From positions 2,880,001-2,944,000 of the forward strand of contig CBDBHB010000009.1 of the NCBI GenBank assembly GCA_965205505.1: 64,000 bases of DNA, given 5' to 3'. Both the position numbers and the translations under genes were made by a program. Source of the stretch: Acidobacteriota bacterium. GTDB taxonomy: Bacteria > Acidobacteriota > UBA890 > WLXD01. Under the pieces are notes generated by a model. That model saw only the letters and a list, made by a program, of their open reading frames with translations, was not told the DNA's origin and did not search any database. Position 1 is the stretch's first letter. The number at the start of each line of letters is the position of its first letter. Positions 52,114 to 61,598 of this stretch are shown here, piece after piece.

Positions 52114-52860
52114 TCACATACACATACCGCCGTCGACGCTGATCACCTGGCCGGTGATGTAGGTGGCGTCATCAGACAGAAGAAAGCTGACCGTCCCGGC
52201 AACGTCGTCGCCGGTCCCGAGCCGGCTGAGCGGAATCTGTTCCTTTAGCTGCCGCTTGGCCTCCTCGGGCAGGTCGTGCGTCATGTCCGTTTCGACGTAG
52301 CCCGGAGCCACAGCGTTCACCGTAATGCCGCGCGACGCCACCTCGCGCGCGAGTGCCTTCGTGAAACCGTGCACTCCGGCTTTAGCGGCGGCGTAGTTCG
52401 TTTGGCCGGGATTGCCGAGCAGCCCGACGACCGAGCTGATCGAAACGATTCTGCCCCGGCGTCGGCGAAGCATCGATCTTAGCACGGCGCGTGAGCACAG
52501 AAAGACGCCGGTCAGGTCGGTCCGGAGCACATCGTTCCAAGCGTCGTCGTTGAGTCGCAGGAGCAGTCCGTCACGTGTGATCCCAGCATTGTTGACCAGG
52601 TTGTCGATCTGCCCGAAGTGATCAAGGACGGCCTTGACGGCGGCCTTGACGGAGTCCGGTTTACCGACATCCATCTCCAACGGAAGCACGTCTACGCCGT
52701 GCGTCCGAGCCTCCTCCGCAACCGACTCGCACGCTGCGGCCGTACGCGCTCCAATCGCTAGATGGCACCCTTGGCTCGCGAGGCGTAGGGCAATTGCCCT
52801 ACCCATGCCGCGCGAGGCCCCGGTAACGATGCTGACCTTGTCCTGGAAGCTGGCGGACAA
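52114..52860 (-). CDS. fabG: 3-oxoacyl-ACP reductase
   Basis: [21 protein letters not shown]. Confidence 0.97.
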   Translation of the reverse strand: MSASFQDKVSIVTGASRGMGRAIALRLASQGCHLAIGARTAAACESVAEEARTHGVDVLPLEMDVGKPDSVKAAVKAVLDHFGQIDNLVNNAGITRDGLLLRLNDDAWNDVLRTDLTGVFLCSRAVLRSMLRRRRGRIVSISSVVGLLGNPGQTNYAAAKAGVHGFTKALAREVASRGITVNAVAPGYVETDMTHDLPEEAKRQLKEQIPLSRLGTGDDVAGTVSFLLSDDATYITGQVISVDGGMCM

Positions 52861-52887
52861 TCTTGCCCTCCGTCGAAGAGATTGGAG

Positions 52888-53835
52888 TCAGCCCGCCACC
52901 AAGGCGAGCAGCGCGTCCACATCGGTCGGCCCTTGCACCGAACGGATCTGGGGTGATTCCAGGGTTCGCTTCGCGAGACCCGTGAGTACTTTGCCTGGCC
53001 CGACCTCCACATACGTCGTGGCACCGGCATCGGCCAGCCAGCGCAGGCAGTCCACCCACCGGACGGCCGCCGTGACCTGTCGGATGAGGGCTTCACGCAC
53101 CTGGTCGGTAGTTGACAGAGGTGTGGCGCTCACGTTGCAAACCACGGGCACCCGCGGCGTCGCGAGGGGAACAGACTGCAGGTCGGCCGCGAGTCGCTGC
53201 TGGGCGGGCGCCATCAACGAGCAGTGGAACGGCGCCGATACCTCTAGCATGAGGGCACGGCGGGCGCCCCGCGCCTTTGCCATTTCCACGGCCCGCTCTA
53301 CGGCCTGCGTCGCACCCGCGATCACCACCTGGGCGGGCGAGTTGAAGTTCGCCGGTTCGACCGGTTCGGTCTCGCTCGACACCTCCTCGCAGGTGGCGAT
53401 GACAGCGTCGTCGTCGAGACCCAGCACGGCGGACATTGCTCCTTCGCCTACGGCAACCGCCTCCTGCATATAGCGTCCTCGAGATCGCACCAAGCGCACT
53501 GCATCAGCGAGCTCCAGGCTGCCGGCAGCGACCAGGGCGCTATATTCGCCCAGCGAGTGCCCCGCCATCCAACTCGCTTCTACCCCACGCGCGGCGAGGG
53601 TGCGCTGCAACGCAATGCTCACTGTCAGGATCGCCGGCTGCGTATTCTCGGTGCGCCGGAGCTCGTCTGCGTCGCCGGCGAAACATAGCTGCGACAGGGC
53701 GAAGCCTAACGCTTCGTCGGACTCGGCGAACACCGACGCAGCCTCCGGAAACGCGTCGTGCGCTTCCTTGCCCATGCCGACGTACTGTGCTCCCTGCCCG
53801 GGGAACAAGAATGCGACGGATGACGGGCCGTTCAT
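52888..53835 (-). CDS. fabD: Malonyl-CoA:ACP transacylase
   Basis: PGQG, GHSLGEY, 'SAPFHC'. Confidence 0.98.
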   Translation of the reverse strand: MNGPSSVAFLFPGQGAQYVGMGKEAHDAFPEAASVFAESDEALGFALSQLCFAGDADELRRTENTQPAILTVSIALQRTLAARGVEASWMAGHSLGEYSALVAAGSLELADAVRLVRSRGRYMQEAVAVGEGAMSAVLGLDDDAVIATCEEVSSETEPVEPANFNSPAQVVIAGATQAVERAVEMAKARGARRALMLEVSAPFHCSLMAPAQQRLAADLQSVPLATPRVPVVCNVSATPLSTTDQVREALIRQVTAAVRWVDCLRWLADAGATTYVEVGPGKVLTGLAKRTLESPQIRSVQGPTDVDALLALVAG

Positions 53836-54860
53836 GTCGTAGCGCTACCGCCAGCGGAGGTAGCCTGCCGTGATTGCATCTCGGCCAGTGCCGCCTCGAT
53901 ACGCTGATCGACGCCATGTTGGCCGTATTCGACAGCCACGCGAACACCGTTGCAGATCGCCCGCGGGCTGGAGCGTCCGTGGCAGATTACCGCGAGGCCG
54001 CGAAGGCCCAGCAACGGCGCTCCACCGAACCCGGCGTAGTCGACTCTGCCTCTCAACCGGCGGAAGGCACCGCGACCCAGCAGGGCCGCCAAGCGCCCCC
54101 TCCACGTACGAGTGAACTCGGAACGCATCAGGACGCTCAGCGTCTCGACTGCGGCCTCACTGGTCTTCAACAAGATGTTGCCGGTGAACCCGTCGCACAC
54201 CACGACGTCGGCACCACCACGATAGAGGTCGCGTGCCTCGACGTTGCCAATGAAGTTCAGCGCGGAGCCCAGCAATGTAGTGTGCGCGCTGCGCACCAAC
54301 TCATTGCCCTTTCCGGCCTCCTCGCCAATCGACAACAAGCCCACGCGCGGTCGCTCGACTTCGAGGATCTGGCTCGCGAAGTGGGCCCCCATCACCGCGA
54401 ACTGCACCAGGTGCCGGCTTTTGGGCTCTACGTTGGCGCCGACGTCGAGCACCATCGCGCGGCCGGTTTGCGTCGGTAAGACGACTGCCAATGCGGGACG
54501 GTCGACACCACTCAGTGTCCCGACGATCACCTTGCCCACGGCCATGATCGCACCAGTGTTGCCAGCCGAGACGAGGCCTTGTACCTCGCCCTGGCGAAGC
54601 AGCCGGGCGGCCTCATGAATGGATGACCGACGCTTGCGTCGCACCGCCACGGCGGCCGGCTCATCCATGCCGATCGCCTCCTCGGCGTGGATGATGTCGA
54701 CGCGAGCCGGGGAGTCATGACGCGCTAGCAGAGGCGCGAGTACTGCTTCATCGCCGACGAGAGCGATCTTCACCTCGAGGTCTCGTGCCGCCATTACGGC
54801 GCCGTTCACCGGGTTTTCCGGAGCGTGATCCCCGCCCATCGCATCGACGGCGATCCTCAT
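53832..54860 (-). CDS. plsX: Phosphate acyltransferase PlsX
   Basis: 'IAVDAMGGDHAP', 'SAGNTGA', 'VCDGFTGN', 'GGAPLLG'. Confidence 0.98.
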   Translation of the reverse strand: MRIAVDAMGGDHAPENPVNGAVMAARDLEVKIALVGDEAVLAPLLARHDSPARVDIIHAEEAIGMDEPAAVAVRRKRRSSIHEAARLLRQGEVQGLVSAGNTGAIMAVGKVIVGTLSGVDRPALAVVLPTQTGRAMVLDVGANVEPKSRHLVQFAVMGAHFASQILEVERPRVGLLSIGEEAGKGNELVRSAHTTLLGSALNFIGNVEARDLYRGGADVVVCDGFTGNILLKTSEAAVETLSVLMRSEFTRTWRGRLAALLGRGAFRRLRGRVDYAGFGGAPLLGLRGLAVICHGRSSPRAICNGVRVAVEYGQHGVDQRIEAALAEMQSRQATSAGGSATT

Positions 54861-54918
54861 GCGACCTCCGCGGACAGAGCGCTCGACCCTCAGGGTCCGG
54901 CGCGGGAAACGAGTGACC

Positions 54919-55104
54919 TCAGCCTTCGTCGCCGGACGAGATCACCTGTCGTCCCCGATAGGTGCCGCAGTGAGCACACGCACGGTGGGGCTGCTTGGCT
55001 CGGCCACACTCGGGACACAGGGAATGCGGAGGGCGTCTCAGGGCGTCGTGTGTGCGCCGCTTATCGCGACGCGTACGCGAGTGTCGTCGCTTCGGAAGTG
55101 CCAC
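54919..55104 (-). CDS. rpmF: 50S ribosomal protein L32 (Zn-ribbon form)
   Basis: 'ALPKRRHSRTRRDKRR', CPEC and CAHC. Confidence 0.97.
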   Translation of the reverse strand: MALPKRRHSRTRRDKRRTHDALRRPPHSLCPECGRAKQPHRACAHCGTYRGRQVISSGDEG

Positions 55105-55164
55105 GGGTTATTCCCTCTAGGTTGGCGCGAGCAACGTGCGTAGGCGCGTTAACCGCACAATAAA

Positions 55165-55674
55165 TTACTGACGATCCCGCAACGCGGCCAACGGTGAGAG
55201 CCGCCCATCTACTGCAGGCTGGCAATCACAAGCCTGCTCGCTACGGTTCGCGCCGCACTGCGGACAGAGCCCCTGACAATCGTCGCTGCAAAGCGGCTTC
55301 ATCGGAAGGTCGAGTAGAACCTGCTCGGTCAGCACAGACCGCAGATCCAAGGCGCCACCCGCATAATAATCGACGTCGAGCCGCTGGGCGTCAAGCTCGG
55401 TGCCGTCCGGGCGCGGTGCCTTTTCGGCCGAGTAGAAGACCAGCTGGAGCTCACGATCTACTGTCAGGGGCGTTGGCTCGAGACAGCGAGCGCACGGCAC
55501 GCGTACCGTCGAGTGAAGCCATCCCGTGACCTGCACTGCGTTGCCATCGAGCGCTACAGTTGCGGCGAAGGCTATCGGAGCGGCCAGGCTGGTGTCGTGC
55601 CCCTCAGAAGACATTGCCATGGTGCCGGCAAACCGACGCGGCCCGTCCTCCAAGGTTGCGATCTCAACCCGCAT
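55165..55674 (-). CDS. yceD: DUF177/YceD family protein
   Basis: CARC and 'PMKPLCSDDCQGLCPQCG'; directly upstream of rpmF. Confidence 0.92.
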   Translation of the reverse strand: MRVEIATLEDGPRRFAGTMAMSSEGHDTSLAAPIAFAATVALDGNAVQVTGWLHSTVRVPCARCLEPTPLTVDRELQLVFYSAEKAPRPDGTELDAQRLDVDYYAGGALDLRSVLTEQVLLDLPMKPLCSDDCQGLCPQCGANRSEQACDCQPAVDGRLSPLAALRDRQ

Positions 55675-55676
55675 GC

Positions 55677-55954
55677 CTAGCGTCCTGTAACAGAGGTTCG
55701 TTGCACATTGTGGCGCGCGCGACTGAGTCGAATCCAAGGAGGTTCGACGACAGCGATGCTGAGCGTATCGCAGAGAGAGCCGACGCCGGAGGTGGCCAGT
55801 CCCGCGGCCACCCGGAGGGCTGGGTCGATATGGGGGCAATCTCAGCGTTGCGATTCGTCGACGATGGGCACCGCATCGCCATCCTCATCGCGCCTTGCGC
55901 TTGCCCCCATCTCGATCCAGCAATATGCAACGAACCTCCGTTACAGCACACTAC
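55677..55954. mobile_element. Family A non-autonomous inverted-repeat element (MITE-like), two internal hairpin modules
   Basis: TIRs CTAGCGTCCTGTAACAGAGGTTCGTTGCACATTG / CAATATGCAACGAACCTCCGTTACAGCACACTAC. Confidence 0.85.
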
Positions 55955-55960
55955 GGCCGG

Positions 55961-56296
55961 CTACGCTACGGCGGTCACCTTGTCGAGCATGCCCACGATG
56001 CTGTCGCGCGATGCAGCCCCGACCATCTGCTCCTGGACCTCGCCCTCATGGAATAGCAGCAGGGTGGGTATACCCCGGACGTTGTAGCGTGTCGCAAGAT
56101 CACCGTGATCATCGACGTTGAGCTTGCCGACTTTGACCTTGCCGGCATAAGAACCGGCGAGCTCTTCTACAAGCGGGGCTATCATCCGGCAGGGGGCGCA
56201 CCAAACAGCCCAAAAGTCGACCAATACCGGGAGGTCGCTTTGTAGCACTTCGTTCTCGAAGTTTTCCGTCGTCAGCTCGATGGTGCTCTCGCTCAC
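55961..56296 (-). CDS. trxA: Thioredoxin
   Basis: 'VLVDFWAVWCAPC', 'GIPTLL'; GGAAGAGG SD before GTG. Confidence 0.96.
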   Translation of the reverse strand: MSESTIELTTENFENEVLQSDLPVLVDFWAVWCAPCRMIAPLVEELAGSYAGKVKVGKLNVDDHGDLATRYNVRGIPTLLLFHEGEVQEQMVGAASRDSIVGMLDKVTAVA

Positions 56297-56473
56297 AAAT
56301 CGCCTCTTCCTGTTCTCATGTGGTCCGATACCGGGCCCAACTCCGGCTGACGAAGACCCGCCGCCCGTTGGTTCGCCCACACGGTTCCTTCATCAAGGCG
56401 TCGCGATCAGCCCACTGTTATCTGCAGTCTGGAGTATCCCACAGACCTCAGAGACCGACTACACGGTAGGGGA

Positions 56474-57634
56474 TCAGGTCGGGCCTGCGGCGGCGTTGGT
56501 GAGCAGCGTGCGTGCAACAACGAGTCGCTGGATCTCCGAAGTGCCCTCGTAAATGGTGGTGACGCGAGCATCTCGATAGAAACGTTCGACCGGATAGTCG
56601 GATACGTAGCCGTAGCCACCGTGCATTTGCATCGCCTGGTAGGCGATGCGGTTTGCCGCTTCGCTGGCGAAGAGCTTGGCGATTGCCGCTGCCTTGGTGT
56701 TGCAAGCGCCGTGATCGCGCAGCGCCGCAGCTCGTAGGTACAGCAGCCGTCCAGCGCCGATCTCCGCGGCCATGCGAGCCAGTTGATGGCGAAGCCCCTC
56801 GAAGTGCGCCAGCGGGCGGCCGAACGCCTCGCGCTCCAGTAGGTAGTCACGTGCCGCGTTGAAGGCTGCTTGGGCAATGCCGACGGCTTGCGCGGCGATC
56901 CCGGCGCGACCGCCGTCGAGGCTGTCGAGAGCGATACCGAGGCCGTCACCCTCCTCTCCAAGCCGATGCGATACCGGTAGCACGACATCCTGGAAGCTCA
57001 CCTGATTCGTGCGCGACGAGCGCAGTCCCAGCTTGTCTTCCTCACCGAGCACTTTTACCCCCGGCTGGTCACGCGGCACGATAAACGCCGAAATGCGACG
57101 ACGCTCCGATTGCTGATCGGTAACCGCGAATACCAGCATCGCTCCGCACACCGCGCCACTGGTGATCCATGCCTTCGTCCCGTTGAGCACGTAGTCACTG
57201 CCGTCGCGCTCGGCGCGCGTCGTGATTGCGCCGGCATCGGATCCGGCCTCGGGCTCGGAGAGGCAAAAGGCGCCGAGCCACTTGCCGCTGGCGCACGGAC
57301 GAAGCCAACGCTCACGTTGGTCGTCATTGCCGAACTTGTTCACCGGGGCGCAAAACACCGAGTTGGTCACGCTGATCGCCACGCAGGTCGAGGCGTCGCC
57401 ACGTGCCAGTTCCTCGAGGGCGAGACAGTAAGCGGTGCCATCGAGCCCGGCGCCGCCCCAGTCCTGGGGCACGATCATGCCGAACAAGCCGAGCTCGCCG
57501 AGATGCGTGAAGGTCTCCACCGGGAAACGCTTCTGTCGGTCCCAGTCCGCCGCTTCGGGCGCCACCTCGGCGTCAACAAACTCGCGCACTGTGTTCCGGA
57601 TCATTTGTTGATCCGGTGTTAGCAGCCAGTCCAC
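56474..57634 (-). CDS. Acyl-CoA dehydrogenase (short-chain type)
   Basis: '[11 protein letters not shown]', 'NGTKAWIT', 'QMHGGYGY', 'IYEGTSEIQ'. Confidence 0.95.
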   Translation of the reverse strand: MDWLLTPDQQMIRNTVREFVDAEVAPEAADWDRQKRFPVETFTHLGELGLFGMIVPQDWGGAGLDGTAYCLALEELARGDASTCVAISVTNSVFCAPVNKFGNDDQRERWLRPCASGKWLGAFCLSEPEAGSDAGAITTRAERDGSDYVLNGTKAWITSGAVCGAMLVFAVTDQQSERRRISAFIVPRDQPGVKVLGEEDKLGLRSSRTNQVSFQDVVLPVSHRLGEEGDGLGIALDSLDGGRAGIAAQAVGIAQAAFNAARDYLLEREAFGRPLAHFEGLRHQLARMAAEIGAGRLLYLRAAALRDHGACNTKAAAIAKLFASEAANRIAYQAMQMHGGYGYVSDYPVERFYRDARVTTIYEGTSEIQRLVVARTLLTNAAAGPT

Positions 57635-57687
57635 TTCTCTATGGCCCTATCCGGGAAGATGCGCACCATGTCGTCGGTACCTTGTCG

Positions 57688-58764
57688 CTAGCGCGACACG
57701 TTGGGCAACAGCCCGTCGGCGATAATTCCGAGCTGGTCTTCGTTGGTACCGCCCAGCACCTCCGTTACCTTCGCATCCCTGTAGAGGCGCTCGAACACCG
57801 AGGTGCGCAGCGTCCCTTGTTCCCCGGCTATCTGTATGGCACGACGACTGGACGCCACGGCGGCCTCGGCAGCCAGCAGGCGGCACATCGCCGCGGCGGC
57901 GTGCGCGTCGCCGTTACCGAGCTCCAGTGCGGCGTGCCACAGCGACAGCCGCGCCGCCTCCGACTCGGTGGCGATATCGGCTAACATCCACTGAGTCGAC
58001 TGCGGCTGCTCACGGATATCCTCAGCAGTGTCGGCAGAGGCCAAGTGCGTCAAAGCCGCGTCCAGAGCGCCCGCTGCGATCCCGAGGGCCTGGGCAGCGT
58101 GAGCGATACGCGTGGCGTCCACGAGCCTTGAGGCGAGTCCGAGATCGCCCACCCGCGCAGACGGCGTTAGCCTGACCCCTGTCCACGTGATGGAAGCCGT
58201 ACCGCTGCCCGCCAGACCCATCAAGACTTCCGTAGGCCCGACGGAGACGCCGTCGGTGTCGGCGGACATGACGAAGACACCGGCGGCGCTCCCCTGCTCG
58301 CAGGCCACCACGAAGACCGTCGCATAGGCTGCGCCCGGGGCCAGGTCTACGGTCCCCTGCAACACCGCTCCGTCGTCGGACGCCTCTGCCGAGAGGGCTG
58401 TGCCGCCGCAGACAGCAGCATAGATGGGGCTGGCGTCGGCCACCGGCGTGCGAGGCTTGGTGTGGTCGCGTGCGATGAAGCTCCCGACGCCGTGGGCCGC
58501 CGCAACTGCCGCTGCTGCGGCGCTGTGGCGAGCCACTTGTTCCAGACGCAAGGCCAGGTGCATCGGCGTCGGGCAGGTGCCGTCGACCTCGTCGGAGATC
58601 CGTGCACAGAGCTGCTGGACGAGCTCGTCCGGGCAGCGACCCGAGCTATCGATATCCACGGCCCGAGGTGCAACGTGCTCGAGGGCCAGGTCTTTTGCCT
58701 GATCAAGCACCGCTTGCTCGATAGCACTCAGCAGTGGGTTCACACTGGTTCCCGCCTGCGCCAC
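57688..58764 (-). CDS. Divergent acyl-CoA dehydrogenase-like protein
   Basis: ACAD C-terminal region 'QWMLADIATE...ERLYRDAK...GGTNE'; N-terminal FAD motifs degenerate. Confidence 0.8.
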   Translation of the reverse strand: MAQAGTSVNPLLSAIEQAVLDQAKDLALEHVAPRAVDIDSSGRCPDELVQQLCARISDEVDGTCPTPMHLALRLEQVARHSAAAAAVAAAHGVGSFIARDHTKPRTPVADASPIYAAVCGGTALSAEASDDGAVLQGTVDLAPGAAYATVFVVACEQGSAAGVFVMSADTDGVSVGPTEVLMGLAGSGTASITWTGVRLTPSARVGDLGLASRLVDATRIAHAAQALGIAAGALDAALTHLASADTAEDIREQPQSTQWMLADIATESEAARLSLWHAALELGNGDAHAAAAMCRLLAAEAAVASSRRAIQIAGEQGTLRTSVFERLYRDAKVTEVLGGTNEDQLGIIADGLLPNVSR

Positions 58765-58805
58765 CTACCCCCGGCGCCGGATTCGATTGGTGGCGTATAG
58801 GAGCA

Positions 58806-59357
58806 CTAGTGGCCTGTAACAGATGATCGTTGCGTATCGTGGTGGTGAAATGGGTCCGGATGCCAGGCGCGACGACGAGAGGATGTTTGCCCATCTTGGA
58901 GGAGGAGCAACGCCGCAGACGGGCTGATTTCGCCGCCATCCTGCGGACAGATGGGCAGTTGCGGGCGATATCGGCGTTGCGCCTCGTCGACGATGCCCCA
59001 GCAGGTCGTGATGGAAGTGTGATGGGTCTGGTTACGCCGCCAAGGGCGCAGATCCAAGGCGCCGCGTCGCCGGCGATGCCCGTGCGCATCGTCTAGGAGC
59101 GGCAACGCCGGAGACGCGCCCTTGGCGGCGTCACCCGTAGGGCAAGTGGGAGTCACGGGCGATGGCGGCGTCTCTCCTCCTCGACGATGGCTCCAGCATC
59201 GCCTCATCGTCGATCCTTGCCCTAGCCCGTGAGTCCCACTTGCCAGACCCACCACACTTCCATCACGGCCTGCTAGCATCGCCTTCCTCGCCGCGCCTTG
59301 ATCTCACCCGCAAATCCCATCTGCGATATGCAACGATCATCTGTTACAGGCCACTAG
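58806..59357. mobile_element. Family A MITE-like element with a nested family B element
   Basis: 34-bp TIRs CTAGTGGCCTGTAACAGATGATCGTTGCGTATCG / CGATATGCAACGATCATCTGTTACAGGCCACTAG (1 mismatch). Confidence 0.92.
58998..59276. mobile_element. Nested family B MITE-like element
   Basis: TIRs CCAGCAGGTCGTGATGGAAGTGTGATGGGTCTGG / CCAGACCCACCACACTTCCATCACGGCCTGCTAG, similar to 37155-37433. Confidence 0.88.
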
Positions 59358-59629
59358 CGATTGACGAGCTCGCGTAGCTCCTTACCCGGCTTGAAGAACG
59401 GCACCACCTTTGGCGGCACGTCAACGCGCTCGCCGGTCCTCGGATTTCGGCCAATGCGTGCTCGGCGGTGTCGCAACTTGAAGCTACCGAAGCCGCGGAG
59501 CTCGACCTTGTCGCCCCGCGTCAGCGACTCGACGATGCTGTTGAAGAACGTGTTTACGATGATCTCCGAACTCTTCTTGCTGAGGTCAGACGCCATCGCC
59601 ACCTCTTCGATCAGGTCCGCTTTGGTCAT
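59354..59629 (-). CDS. ihfB: Integration host factor beta / HU family protein
   Basis: 'MTKADLI', 'VELRGFGSF', 'GRNPRTG', 'FKPGKEL'; downstream of rpsA. Confidence 0.9.
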   Translation of the reverse strand: MTKADLIEEVAMASDLSKKSSEIIVNTFFNSIVESLTRGDKVELRGFGSFKLRHRRARIGRNPRTGERVDVPPKVVPFFKPGKELRELVNR

Positions 59630-59669
59630 CGTTGCTCGGCATACTGCTCGGCCACCGGCCGGCGCGCCG

Positions 59670-61499
59670 CTACTCCTCGTCCGAGTCGGGCTCGTCCTGT
59701 GGCGCGTCGTCGTCGGATTCCGCCGCCGCGTCGGGTCTGGAGCCGAAGATGTTTCCAACCATGTCGCCGAGCGTCATCGTGCCGTCCTTCTGGTAACGGC
59801 TAGCGGGCTCAGGCGCTGCGACCGGCTCGTAGTCACGCTGCTGCACCTCCGCGCCTGCTTCACGCAGAGAGAGTGCGATCTTGCGAGCGTCGGTCTCGAT
59901 CTTGAGTATCCGAACGTCGACGGTATCGCCGACCTTGAGCTCGTCTGCCGGGTCCTTCACGTGCCGATCCGCGATCTCCGAGACGTGCAGGAGTCCTTCG
60001 AGGCCCTCTTGCAGTTCCACGAACGCACCGAAGTTGGTCAGCTTGGTTACTTGCCCGCTGATCTGGTCACCCACGTGATGTTTCTCGATGAATTGATCCC
60101 AGACGTTCGGTCGCAGTTGCTTGAGGCCGAGCGAAAGGCGCTGTCGCTCTACATCGACGTTGAGCACCGCGACCTCGACCTCCTGCCCCTTCTGCAGAAC
60201 CTCGGTGGGGTGTTCGACGCGCTTGGTCCACGACATGTCGGAGATGTGGATCAAGCCGTCGATGCCATCCTCGATCTCGACAAAGGCACCGAAGTCGGTC
60301 AGGTTTCGGACCCGCCCCGTGATTACCTGACCCTCATGGTATTTGTCGGCGATGACGCGCCAGGGGTTGGGCTCAGTCTGTTTCATGCCCAACGAGATGC
60401 GACGATTGTCCTCGTCGACGTCAAGAATGACGATGTCGACAGGGTCGGCGATCTGCACCAGCTTGGAGGGGTGCTTGATGCGCTTTTTCCAGGTCATCTC
60501 TGATATGTGAACGAGCCCCTCGACACCCTCCTCGAGCTCCACGAAGGCGCCATAGTCGGTAAGGCTGACGACCTTCCCCTGCAGTCGCGATCCGACCGGA
60601 TACTTCTCCGTTACTCCGATCCAAGGATCCTGCGTGAGCTGTTTGCAGCCCAGCGACACGCGCTCGCGCTCCGGGTCGAAGCTGAGGATGACGACCCTGA
60701 TCTCATCGCCAATCTTGAACATCTCACTGGGATGCGAAATGCGTCCCCAGGACATGTCGGTGATGTGTAGCAAGCCGTCGATCCCACCCAGATCCGTGAA
60801 ACACCCGTAGTCGGTGATGTTCTTGACCACACCGGTGAGGACATTGCCGGCGATGAGCTTGCCGAGCGTGCCCTGCTTCTCTTCGGCGCGAGCCTCTTCG
60901 AGCACCGCCTTGCGCGACACGACTACGTTGGCACGGCGCTTGTTTACCTTGATAACGCGGCACTCGATTTCCTCGCCGCGCATCGCCTCGAGGTTGCGCA
61001 CCGGGCGCAGGTCGACTTGGGAGCCCGGCAGGAAGGCGCGCACCCCGATGTCAACTGACAGGCCACCCTTGACGCGGTCCGTGACGATTCCCTTGATCGT
61101 CGCTTCATCGCGGTAGGCTTCCTCGATCTTGCCCCATACTTTCATCTTCTCCGCTTTGTCCTTGGAGACGATGACGTTGCCGTTCTGATCCTCGCGCCGG
61201 ACGAGCAGCACTTCGACGTGGTCGCCGGCGGCAACCAGCAACTCGCCCAGTGGGTCGCGGAACTCGTTGATATCGACGAGACCTTCCGACTTGTAGCCGA
61301 TATCTATGAGGACGTCGTTCTCGCGTACTTCGAGCACGTTTCCGTTGACAACTTCGCCCTCTGCGAGATCCTGCAGGCTCTGTTCGTAGAGCTGCATCAT
61401 GACCTCGGGGTCGATCTGGCCGCCCTCCATGGCGTCGAGCTGGGCGAGCAGATCGTCCAAGGGGCGTAGGTTTGGTTCTTCTTCGGTCTGGACCGACAT
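59670..61499 (-). CDS. rpsA: 30S ribosomal protein S1
   Basis: Six S1 repeats ('DIGYKSEG', 'AFLPGSQ', 'DGLLHITD', 'GAFVE'). Confidence 0.98.
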   Translation of the reverse strand: MSVQTEEEPNLRPLDDLLAQLDAMEGGQIDPEVMMQLYEQSLQDLAEGEVVNGNVLEVRENDVLIDIGYKSEGLVDINEFRDPLGELLVAAGDHVEVLLVRREDQNGNVIVSKDKAEKMKVWGKIEEAYRDEATIKGIVTDRVKGGLSVDIGVRAFLPGSQVDLRPVRNLEAMRGEEIECRVIKVNKRRANVVVSRKAVLEEARAEEKQGTLGKLIAGNVLTGVVKNITDYGCFTDLGGIDGLLHITDMSWGRISHPSEMFKIGDEIRVVILSFDPERERVSLGCKQLTQDPWIGVTEKYPVGSRLQGKVVSLTDYGAFVELEEGVEGLVHISEMTWKKRIKHPSKLVQIADPVDIVILDVDEDNRRISLGMKQTEPNPWRVIADKYHEGQVITGRVRNLTDFGAFVEIEDGIDGLIHISDMSWTKRVEHPTEVLQKGQEVEVAVLNVDVERQRLSLGLKQLRPNVWDQFIEKHHVGDQISGQVTKLTNFGAFVELQEGLEGLLHVSEIADRHVKDPADELKVGDTVDVRILKIETDARKIALSLREAGAEVQQRDYEPVAAPEPASRYQKDGTMTLGDMVGNIFGSRPDAAAESDDDAPQDEPDSDEE

Positions 61500-61569
61500 G
61501 GGGTTGGGTATCCTCCTGAACCCTGAATGTGCCCTCTGGGCACGCGTGTGTCGCACGGGGCAGCCCCTA

Positions 61570-61598
61570 ATCCTAGGGGGGGCTCAGGTGACTGTCAA
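61570..61598 (-). promoter_or_regulatory. Sigma70 promoter for rpsA-ihfB
   Basis: TTGACA-N17-TAGGAT on the minus strand; the -35 overlaps the cmk stop codon. Confidence 0.65.

Noticed and set aside
58703-59377. ORFs across the repeat elements (also 1038-1536, 37112-37569, 55560-56121)
   Set aside because: They are translations of palindromic non-coding repeats; the similar peptides at 1.2 kb and 58.9 kb reflect the DNA repeat
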